From Octopus sinensis (taxonomy: Eukaryota), in assembly GCF_006345805.1 (NCBI RefSeq), contig NW_021826566.1, forward strand, positions 1-12,458: 12,458 nucleotides of DNA, read 5' to 3'. Every line of letters begins with the position of its first letter. Within the stretch, counting starts at the first letter, position 1. Of the stretch, positions 1-8,110 are shown in pieces. The notes beneath the pieces are model-generated. The model saw only the letters and a list, made by a program, of their open reading frames with translations. It searched no databases and was not told where the DNA came from. Both the position numbers and the translations under genes were made by a program.

Positions 1-78
1 TATAATTATAATATATATATATATATATAGATTATAATTATATATAATATATATTATATATACAATATATATACATAC

Positions 79-133
<55 letters not shown>

Positions 134-147
134 GATATATATATATA
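1..147. repeat. (TA)n microsatellite, imperfect
   Basis: Direct reading: near-continuous TA dinucleotide with a few TACA/TAGA interruptions. Confidence 0.97.
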
Positions 148-642
148 TGTAACTGGGATGTGTCGTCTCGGCAGGCATGGTAAAAAAGTTGCCTACGGAA
201 ATAAATTAAAAGCTATAAATATTAATTAATAAAAATTAAAAAAATAAAATATTTTCATTCATTTTATAAATGCTAATGTAAATGCGGGAATTAAGTCTAT
301 GATACGGCAAATTGCTAATATTTCGATGCTAGTCTCCGATATCCGTTGTCTTTTGTTTAATGTTTAGATGAAGCGTGAAGCTATTAAACGCACGTGCTGT
401 GAGTTGAGCTCAATATTACATAAAATATAGAGAAAATCGAAAGCGAATAAAAATTGGCTCCGTGTCATTTAGAGAGTGAGAGTGAACGCATATGTGTGTG
501 TGTTACATTGCTTGGGTGTTGTGGACTTCTATGTGCGTCTGTGTTACATTGCCTGTGCGTTTATTTCTAATGATTGGGCTTCATTTTATGAGATCTGCTA
601 TTCGATGTGAGCATATAAAATAGTAATAATAAATATATTACA
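148..642 (+). mobile_element. Possible solo LTR (Gypsy/BEL-like) or other unclassified interspersed repeat
   Basis: Begins TGTAA (148-152) and ends TTACA (638-642), giving 5-bp inverted TG...CA termini. AATAAA lies at 628-633. Flanks TATA (144-147) and TACA (643-646) match at 3/4 positions as a candidate 4-bp TSD. No second LTR or internal domain is present. Confidence 0.4.
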
Positions 643-684
643 TACAGATAGATAGGTGTGGACTATATAAATAAATTTGGCTTG

Positions 685-797
685 CTTTTTGGTACAATGC
701 CATCGATTCTGAGGAGGAAGATATCGATCATATCGACCCCAGTGTTTAACTGGTATTTTATCAACCCTGAACGGATGAATACATGCATTCGGCGGAA
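685..797 (-). mobile_element. Decayed partial copy of tRNA-derived SINE family B (3' half)
   Basis: ATCGACCCCAGTGTTTAACTGGTA..TCAACCCTGAACGGATGAA..TCGGCGGAAT aligns by eye with the copies at 856-1270 and 12118-12330. Confidence 0.8.
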
Positions 798-855
798 TAC
801 ATGTAAATAAATATTACTATGTAAAAATATACAAATATATGCAACAACGATGTCT

Positions 856-1270
856 TATTTCTTTTCTACCTACAAGGGGCTACACACAGGGGGGACAAAC
901 AAGGATAGACAAACGGATTAAGTAGATTACATCGACCCCAGTGCGTAACTGGTACTTATTTAATCGACCCCGAAAGGATGAAAGGCAAAGTCGACCTCAG
1001 CGGAATTTGAACTCAGAACGTAAAGACAGACGAAATACCTATTTCTTTACTACCCACAAAGGGCTAAACACAGACAGGACAAACAAGGATAGACAAACGG
1101 ATTAAGTAGATTACATCGACCCCAGTGCGTAACTGGTACGTATTTAATCGACTCCGAAAGGATGAAAGGCAAAGCCGACCTCGGCGGAATTTGAACTCAG
1201 AACGTAACGGCAGACGAAACACCGCTAAGCATTTCGCCCGGCGTGCTAACGTTTCTGCCAGGTTACCGCC
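856..1270 (-). mobile_element. Tandem head-to-tail SINE family B: full-length copy (1270->1040) plus 5'-truncated copy (1039->856)
   Basis: The minus strand starts GGCGGTAACCTGGCAGAAACGTTAGC (Pol III A box at 1250-1260) with B box GAGTTCAAATTCC (1186-1198). About 184 bp is duplicated nearly identically. Resembles the abundant Octopus tRNA-derived SINEs (recall only; family name not assigned). Confidence 0.92.
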
Positions 1271-1649
1271 TTAATATATAAAATCCGTTCCGTCTGTTTG
1301 TGCGCTTATAACTCGAGTATTGTTCATCCGATCGCGTTGAAATCTTAAACATGGATACATGGGAGAGCTGGGCGTTCCGTAATGTAAAAAGATTTTCAAA
1401 ATCATTAGTTTCAAAGTGAGAATCGCTATTTTTGTAATATTTAATGTCCTGTTTGTTCCGCTATTAAAACAACCAGTTGCTCACACAGCAGCATATACCA
1501 TATCGCTAGCAACAAGGGAAGTACAGGATGACAGTCAGCCAAAACCGTCGTTATGCTGTCTCTCTTCTTTCCTCTCTCTGTAGGGTTAATAATCTTAATC
1601 CTTAGTTACAGTTTCTCATTCAAACTACATAATACGCAGAATTGTCGGA

Positions 1650-1720
1650 TTAAGACAGTAGGGCATTTTGAGGAAGATTTGACTGCTATTTCTACCAGGT
1701 CTATCTACCATGTAGAGGTC
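1650..1720 (-). repeat. Copy 1 (core) of an old ~220-bp (AAC)n-tailed interspersed repeat, inside the Helitron span
   Basis: The reverse complement GACCTCTACATGGTAGATAGACCTGGTAGAAATAGCAGTCAAATCTTCCTCAAAATGCCCTACTGTCTTA aligns with 7894-7955 and 11537-11575. Confidence 0.75.
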
Positions 1721-2029
1721 TGCCTCATTGATATTAAATATTCCTAATGCTTTCCAAAACCAAGTTACAGATTTTGACTATGGGGTATCAACAGATTCAG
1801 TACTATTTTGGCTACAAATTAAACTTAATTTTCATTCACATATTTGCATTTCAAAAATTTAACATCTTTTCCATAAATCAACTATCGTAAAAAATTTATA
1901 CCACTACGCCACATTTTCTATATGTGTGTGTGTCTACCTTAAAAGACGTCGATCATCACGACACACACCTTCCCTCACTCATTCTATCTCTCTTTCTCAC
2001 CCTCTTTCTCTCTCACATACACTCGCGCA

Positions 2030-2112
2030 AGCACGCACACACACACACACACACACGCACACACACACACACACACATACACACACGCGCACACACGCGC
2101 GCGCGCGCGCGT
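2030..2112. repeat. (CA)n/(CG)n alternating purine-pyrimidine microsatellite
   Basis: Direct reading; ends in a GCGCGC run at about 2095-2111. Confidence 0.95.
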
Positions 2113-2296
2113 CCATTTCATATATAAGTACTTTCTTTCTCTTCCCTTTCTTTCTCTGTTCTTTTCGCTTTATCTTCTTTCAATTTCTGCTCCCTTGAAA
2201 TAAATTTTTTACGGATACAACTGCTTACAAAAATAGGGATTAATGAATAATTTCTTTCTATGTTCATAATTTTTTGTTTACAATATTGGGAAAAAT

Positions 2297-2969
2297 ATGC
2301 CACCAAAGAAAATACGTAATCTCTCCAGAAACAAGTATAAAGCAAGGAGGATTGTAGAAAACCGAAGGCGAGAGTCTGAAGAGAGAAACTAGATGAGATT
2401 TTCTCAACATCAGCAAATGCATATTGCAGCACTTAATGCTGGATCATTAAATCAATGTTTTAATGATTTGACAGAGGTCCAATAGAATAGCTCTCAGAAA
2501 CAAACTACGTACAAATTCGTTCTTCACAACTCCTGAAGCTGTTTTCAGATATGATCCATCCCATTTTTATAAAAATAATAACTCTGTCCAAATTGGTGTG
2601 CTAAACACAAATTGTCTTCCCTGCTTTAAAATTTTCAAATGAAACAAATGGTATGTGCTGCTCAAGTGGTCAGGTAACATTGCCAGCACTACCAGCTCTT
2701 TCTCAACCTCTTATGGCTCTTCTGAAAAGCATTTCCATCCATAGGATATTCTAAACAATATCAGAAAATACAACTCTGTAAATGACATCGTTTGGTGCAT
2801 CTAAGAAGATAGATAAACATGTATTTACAACGACGTCTAAGTACAAGTGCAAGTCTGTCACCACATTTGTTCCCTGTTACCAACAAATGAACAACCACAG
2901 TTCCTTCAAATTTACTTTATGAGTGATGTAGGACAACTAACCCGAATGCGGTGTCAACATTTCAGATGA
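2297..2969 (+). pseudogene. Frameshifted Helitron Rep/helicase N-terminal fragment
   Basis: Manual translation across frameshifts: MPPKKIRNLSRNKYKARRIVENRRRESEER (2297-), AVFRYDPSHFYKNNNSVQIGVLNTNC (2538-), ALKFSNETNGMCCSSGQVTLPALP (GMCC at 2650), NNIRKYNS (2754-2777), MTSFGA (2782-2799), VQVQVCHHICSLLPTNEQPQFLQIYFMSD (2841-2927). These match the recalled Helitron Rep motifs MCC..G.V.LP, FL.NIR.YNS.FQMTSFGA and QGQVYH.IGSLLP...PQFLQIYF. Confidence 0.92.
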
Positions 2970-3122
2970 TGGGTCGTGTTAGACACAGCGCCGACTGCTG
3001 CAAAAGAGAGTATATCCACTGACAGCTTCTCGGTGCATTCAAAAATCACATAAACCCCGACAGTCTTTACACAGTTTCCTATTCTTGATTTTAATCCTGA
3101 GCAACGCTGGTGTCTCTGCTAG

Positions 3123-3140
3123 TATATATATATATATATC

Positions 3141-3177
<37 letters not shown>

Positions 3178-3198
3178 AGATATATATATATATATATA
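3123..3198. repeat. (TA)n microsatellite
   Basis: Direct reading; immediately follows the Helitron CTAG end. Confidence 0.95.
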
Positions 3199-3242
3199 AG
3201 GCACTAAGAGAGAATGACTCTCCTCAGACACAGCAATATATA

Positions 3243-3534
3243 TATAATACAACTTTATAAACAAGGGCAAAAGAATTTCTATGCCAATATGCTGATAACA
3301 GACATTTAAATCGTCAATTCCCACATATCTATTATGAGATTAATTCCGAAATTGATTCAATATAGAAATAACGAACTTTTTAAAAAATTCTGTTGGATAG
3401 CTTTCCTCGATTTCAGCATAACGTATTTCTGTAGTGGGTATAATGATATGTGGAAATTGACGATTTAAAAGTCTGTTATCAACATATTGGCATAGAAATA
3501 ATTTTATTTTGCCCTTACTTATGAGCTGTTTATA
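3243..3534. mobile_element. Fold-back / MITE-like element with ~90-bp imperfect inverted arms and a 104-bp spacer
   Basis: 3275-3329 matches the reverse complement of 3445-3499 at 52/55 positions. Looser pairing extends to 3243-3335 versus 3440-3534. Both outer ends lie in TATA. Confidence 0.75.
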
Positions 3535-3650
3535 ATTTTAACCTTTAAAGGTATTTTAATATGCTGCCACTTTTTTGATGGAATTTTTTTTCTGTAAAAA
3601 AACTTCATCCTATATTAGTATATATATATATATTATATATATATATATAA

Positions 3651-3992
3651 CTTTTTGGTACTGTTACTGCACATCTCTCACTCACAGATTTAAATCTCTC
3701 TACGAGATCAGCGGCTATGTGTCACTTTAAAAAGTATATAGTGTGAGCAAGTCGAATAATCCCTCATCACTAGCCAGTGATTATCTCACACCGAAGACGG
3801 GAAACAACCAAGAAACCTAGGTCTGTGAGTATCACACGGGCTAGAGATGGGAGTGATAACCTCCCTCGCTCATACTATACGGACACAAGCGGTGTGTCGA
3901 TACCCAGCTGTAAAAGATGTTTTTCTGAGGCTAAACAATATTATCATCGTCTTGTGTAGAGCTGCCATATTCTATTCGCAAATGAACTTTAC
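3651..3992 (+). mobile_element. Probable Penelope-like element pseudo-LTR fragment between (TA)n arrays
   Basis: Non-repetitive block between TA microsatellites that carries a minimal type I hammerhead fold, an established hallmark of Penelope pLTRs. No RT or GIY-YIG coding sequence was recognised; boundaries are approximate. Confidence 0.55.
3785..3829 (+). ncRNA. Minimal type I hammerhead ribozyme motif (variant or decayed)
   Basis: Helix I CTCACA (3785-3790)/TGTGAG (3824-3829). Core CCGAAGA (3791-3797; U4->C relative to CUGANGA) and GAAA (3812-3815). Helix III AC-CTAG-GT with a palindromic loop; GUC triplet at 3821-3823. Helix II is weak (GG/CC only). Confidence 0.7.
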
Positions 3993-4147
3993 TATATATG
4001 TATATTTATATATTATGTATTAATGTGTATATATATATATATATAATATATATATAATATATATAATATATATATATAATATATATATATTTGTATGTAT
4101 ATGTGTATATATATATATATATACATATATACGTACTTACATACATA
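3993..4147. repeat. (TA)n/(TATG)n/(TACA)n compound microsatellite
   Basis: Direct reading. Confidence 0.95.
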
Positions 4148-4890
4148 CACAAAGTGCGACGGGTAAATTATATTATTAATATCGCACATGCGTTTGTTTG
4201 ACCACCACAGAGTATAGTAGGGTCGATTGGGCACCGTCTGTGAGAGTAATAGTACCATGACGCAATTTACTCTGCCAAAACGACATGCTGTACTGCTTGG
4301 CGTTCGCACCGGAAGCTCAAATACGAACAGACAGTGAACACACAAAGCAACCTTTGGCTTGCTGTGTCCCCAAAACATCTACCGGGAAGGATAAAAATCA
4401 AACATCTAGTCAACATTATTGTTTTTGAACTGATCACTAGTGATGTCGACGTTATGCCACCATTCATCTTCCCACACGGCTTCAGACTCACCACAGAGGC
4501 CTACATCAAGTGCCTGAAGGAGGTACTGCTGCCCTGGGTCAAAAGGAAGAGCCCCAATGTCTGACAACAGGACTTTGCACTATACCACACAAGCAGGAAA
4601 AGCCAGTCATCGCTGTTAGACAATTTCTGCGATCACATCACCCCTAACATCTCCAGGTTGCAATCCCCTTGATTATTATGTGTGGGGCGCGGTTGCGCGA
4701 GAGAGCAACAAAACTCCTTGTAACACCAAAGACGAACTGAAGGCAAGGATTATGACAGCATTCACCATCTTACACAAGGAGACCGTCCAGACGAGTTGCA
4801 AGAGATTCCGAAGTCGTCTGAAGGCCAATGGCGTTTTTACTGAATAAATTTACTCTTTAATAATTCAAGATATTTTTATATAATTTTTGT
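4148..4890 (+). mobile_element. Tc1/mariner superfamily, DD37D (maT) family relic; right TIR not seen
   Basis: Candidate left TIR TA|CACAAAGTGCGACGGGTAAATT at 4146-4169, followed by the transposase remnant. No inverted copy of the TIR occurs before the (TA)n array at ~4895. Confidence 0.8.
4257..4847 (+). pseudogene. Disrupted DD37D/maT transposase
   Basis: N-terminal MTQFTLPKRHAVLLGVRTGSSNT (from 4257) is joined out of frame to VNTQSNLWLA...DVMPPFIFPHGFRLTTEAYIKCLKEVLLPWVK (4334-). After a stop at 4562-4564 come QQD (D at 4571), a frameshift, and SPGCNPLDYYVWGAV...CKRFRSRLKANGVFTE* (D at 4671, stop 4845-4847). Restoring a 14-nt deletion in the expected WPPNSP motif gives exactly D-x37-D. 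Confidence 0.92.
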
Positions 4891-4894
4891 AGAT

Positions 4895-4917
4895 ATATCT
4901 GTTAAAATATATATATA

Positions 4918-4957
<40 letters not shown>
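4895..4957. repeat. (TA)n microsatellite
   Basis: Direct reading. Confidence 0.95.
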
Positions 4958-5667
4958 ATGATGTATGCCCCATTAGCTTCATGATGTGTTCCATATCCAC
5001 AGCTTCAGCCCTAGAGAGCGCAGCACGGACAGGTATGTAGCATGGAGGATACCTCTCATTCTAGGAAAATTGGAGACTCACGGTAATCGACGTCGATGTA
5101 ATGTTAGCCGCCATTTTACCACAGCCTGACCTCAGCCTGTTTGCATATGTCCACATAATTTCTGGGCAGACGATACAAAACGCTGGATTGACTGAATATA
5201 CGGTTGGTGCTATAAGCAGACCTCTAGTGCTATGTCATTTGCAATAGGACACTATTTATTCCATCTTGTTCTCTAACTGCATTGCTCCGTAAAAAAATAA
5301 AGTGCTGAAAATAAAAATGTCGTTAAATGAGGTGACGTAATTTTTCTTCTTCTTCTTTATTCCCTGGTCCTTTCTTTCGCTGACTCTTTCAGCAATGTCT
5401 GTGTGACAGCTAACACATAATTCATGCTAATACACAAATGAAAACTTCATAATACTTCTAGCTTACTCTCTTGCAGAAGAGGTGGAGATTAATTGTGAGA
5501 CAGAATGAGTTTGTTTTCTTTTCTTGACTTCTTCATCGCATTTGATTTTTATAGCGTTTTTTTTTCTTCTTTTTCTACTTATGACAGTTTGTTTTTTTTA
5601 TAGGATTATTTTTATTTTGTTTTGTTTTTTTCACCCGTTATTCTCCAGTTTTCGTTTTCCTGATATA

Positions 5668-5839
5668 TTGTCATCATCATCATCATTACCATCATCATCA
5701 TCGTCGTCGTTGTTATCGTCATCATCATCAGCAACATCATCATCATTATCTTCATTGTTATTGATGCTTTATTTTTTTACTCCTGATATTGTCACTGTTA
5801 CTCTTTTACTGTTTATTATTATCATTTTTATTATTATTA

Positions 5840-5887
<48 letters not shown>
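5668..5887. repeat. (CAT)n/(CGT)n grading into (TAT)n trinucleotide microsatellites
   Basis: Direct reading; explains the low-complexity ORF 5524-5892. Confidence 0.93.
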
Positions 5888-5974
5888 GTTAGTGTTGTTA
5901 TCATTGTCGTTATTTGTTTATCCTTCTGCCAACCATGTTCAATACGTTACATAAATTTTTCGTAAATGCGAGTG

Positions 5975-6015
5975 TACGTGTGTGTATGTATGTGTGTATG
6001 TGTATGTGTGTATGT

Positions 6016-6046
<31 letters not shown>

Positions 6047-6070
6047 GTGGTGTGTGTGTGTGTGTGTGTG
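5975..6070. repeat. (TG)n/(TATG)n microsatellite
   Basis: Direct reading. Confidence 0.95.
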
Positions 6071-6394
6071 TTTTGTGTTGTATATTTGTATTAAAGAGTG
6101 TAAGCATATTACATTTAACACATATGCTCACGTAATAGCAACAAACGAAAATGAATAAGATAAAAACAAACAACAAAAACTGCTTCCGAATCAAAGAAAG
6201 GGTAAGAGATAGACGGAGGAGTTAGTACCCTGGTGCGGCGGGATAACCATCGTTTTCATTGCTTAAACATTATGAATGATATAAATATTCGCACTTCACA
6301 TTGGCATTTATGTAGTCGAGTTTGTCCGAGTTTAATAACAGAGTCTTTAGTTTGGTTCTGAAGCCGATATTTGAACGCTTAATCAGTGTTTTAG

Positions 6395-6726
6395 ACATGA
6401 CCAGTCCACAGCAGAACGCTGGGCCTTAATCGATGTACACAACAGAAAATTAGGTCGTAGCCGTTGTCCACAGCCGAACGCTCGATTATAGCCAGTGTCC
6501 ATAGCAGAACGCTAGGTCAAAGCAACTGCTTACTGCTGCAGACTGGGCCGCAGTCGGTATCCACGGCAGGATGCTGGGCCAGAACCAATATCTACAGCAG
6601 AAGACTAGACTATAGTCGGTGCCCGCAACTGAACGCCAGACCTTGGTCGGTGCACAGAGAAGAACGCTGGGCCATACCCGGTGTCCACAGCAGAAATTAG
6701 GCCATAATCAGTGTCACAGCAGAACG
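6395..6726. repeat. Diverged 31-bp minisatellite, about 11 units, consensus ATAGTCGGTGTCCACAGCAGAACGCTGGGCC
   Basis: Units start at 6395, 6426, 6457, 6488, 6519, 6550, 6581, 6612, 6643, 6674 and 6704. The first nine are exactly 31 bp; the last two carry 1-bp deletions. Confidence 0.9.
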
Positions 6727-7286
6727 GTTCCTTGGCTATCGGCTCTATAAACAATGAGGGTTAAAGACTGATTTTAAAGTGATCCATTCTAAGCTTTCGT
6801 TGTCTGGATAACGTTTGTGGCTGTTTGGTCAATAAATGTTGGTAGTAACCCACCCCAGGAACCTGATTGTCTTAACTATTACTTTACGATGGTTTTTCTG
6901 CTCAACATGATGTAAATGTTCCTATTGGTCAATGAATGACTACCGCCAAGCCTGTTCATCTACCATACTGTTTCTCATGGGTTTCACCTGTAACCCAATG
7001 CTAGGTGGCTGTCAGCTACCACGCCTTATTAAAAGGTAGCCTGTATTTGGTTCAGGACAGCTTCTTCCAACATTCCCCGCCAATCCCTACATCTAGAAGC
7101 AGTTCTTTATTCGTAGTAGTGGAACGATTTAATCGCGTGAAACTAAACCAATACATACCAGGGTCCTGGTTAATTACATTGTATCAATACTCATAAGAAA
7201 GAAACGCGAGAGGGGGCATATTTGGATTCGAGCTCAGATACTGGGGTAAATAAATAGCGAAACAAATTATGATGAAGCAACGTGGG

Positions 7287-7560
7287 GACCTCTACATAGT
7301 CACTCAAAACACTAAAATGAGCAGCTAAATGCTGTTGAAATCACATTCTACGAGCCTAACAGAACTGAAGGGTAAATTCGGAAGTCTTTGATCATAGATC
7401 TTGAGTGGCTGTGTGGTAAGTTGCTTGCTTACCAACCACATAGTTCCGGGTTCAGTCCCACTGCGTCGCACCTTGGGCAAGAGTCTTCTACTATAGCCTC
7501 GGGCTGACCAAAGCCTTGTGAGTGGATTTGGTAGACGGAAACTGAAAGAAGCCCGTCGTA

Positions 7561-7634
<74 letters not shown>

Positions 7635-7874
7635 TATGTTTGTCCCCCCAACATCGCTTGACAACCGATGCTGGTGTGTTTACGCCCCCGTTACTTAGCG
7701 GTTCGTCAAAAGAGACCGATAGAATAAGTACTAGGCTTACAAAGAATAAGTCCTGGGGGTCGATTTGCTCGACTAAAGGCGGTGCTCCAGCATGGCCACA
7801 GTCAAATGACTGAAACAAGTAAAGAGAGTATGACTGAAACTGACCTGGTTCTAAAACTACAATAACAACAACAA
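7287..7874 (+). repeat. Copy 2 of the old (AAC)n-tailed repeat (7287-7400 plus 7840-7874), split by a SINE
   Basis: GACCTCTACATAGTCACTC...GTCTTTGATCATAGATC lies before the SINE and CTGACCTGGTTCTAAAACTACAATAACAACAACAA after it, collinear with copies 3-5. Confidence 0.7.
7403..7830 (+). mobile_element. tRNA-derived SINE family A with internal (TA)n(TG)n microsatellite
   Basis: A box TGGCTGTGTGG (7406-7416), B box GGTTCAGTCCC (7449-7459), followed by CACCTTGGGCAAG. Microsatellite at 7559-7632; 3' body ends ...GGCGGTGCTCCAGCATGGCCACAGTCAAATGACTGAAACAAGTAAAGAG. Resembles a very abundant Octopus SINE (recall). Confidence 0.92.
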
Positions 7875-7893
7875 TGACATGAACATTTTTAAC

Positions 7894-8110
7894 GAAGGAG
7901 CCTCTACGTGGTCATTTGTTGTGCTAAAAATGACAGATCTATCTTCCTCAAATCACATACGAATCGCTTTTTTTTTTTTTTTTGAAAGAACAGAACACGC
8001 TGGACAATCCCGTCTCGCATCGCCTTAAAATGGCCAAATGGCCACAACTGGAATGGCCCGATCAGAGGAATTCTCGATCAGGTCAAACCAAGGGCTAAAC
8101 AACAAAACAA
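7894..8110 (+). repeat. Copy 3 (near complete) of the old (AAC)n-tailed repeat
   Basis: Runs GAAGGAGCCTCTACGTGGTCA...TCTTCCTCAAATCACA...ATGGCCACAACTGGAAT...GGGCTAAACAACAAAACAA. Confidence 0.75.

Larger units (their letters stand above)
1271..3122 (+). mobile_element. Internally deleted Helitron (rolling-circle transposon)
   Basis: Helitron-type 5' module at 1271-1350 (ATATATAAAATCCGTTCCGTCTGTTTGTGCGCTTATAACTCGAG..CCGATCGCGTTGAAAT). Rep remnant at 2297-2969. 3' terminus is a degraded hairpin CCTGAGCAACGCTGG (3096-3110), then CTAG (3119-3122) followed by T. The exact 5' TC is not visible because the SINE abuts it, so the left boundary is inferred. Confidence 0.7.

Noticed and set aside
2375-2392. 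CTGAAGA..GAAAC hammerhead-like string
   Set aside because: No helix II or helix I; it is part of the Helitron Rep coding remnant (SEER).
3205-3230. Minus-strand CTGAGGA plus GAG/CTC stem as a third hammerhead
   Set aside because: No GAAA or cleavage triplet follows; at best a truncated fragment.
3777-3959. 60-aa ORF over the first hammerhead
   Set aside because: It starts at GTG, is short and has no motif; the RNA fold explains the sequence better.
5160-5180. FWADDTK resembling the RT (Y/F)ADD motif
   Set aside because: A stop follows within a few codons and no flanking RT motifs were found in any frame; likely chance.
5461-5510. Splice acceptor CTCTCTTGCAG with a possible micro-exon
   Set aside because: Pyrimidine tracts followed by AG are common here, the donor is weak, and there is no coding support.
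6395-6726. CRISPR-like periodic array
   Set aside because: Units are contiguous and all homologous, with no unique spacers or cas genes, and the context is eukaryotic.
6730-7260. Unique-looking block including ORF 7005-7196
   Set aside because: No recognisable protein motif, repeat or structure was found on either strand by eye; left unassigned.
7403-7475. tRNA gene (likewise 12010-12083 and 1186-1270)
   Set aside because: A and B boxes are present, but there is no complete cloverleaf and each continues into a SINE body.
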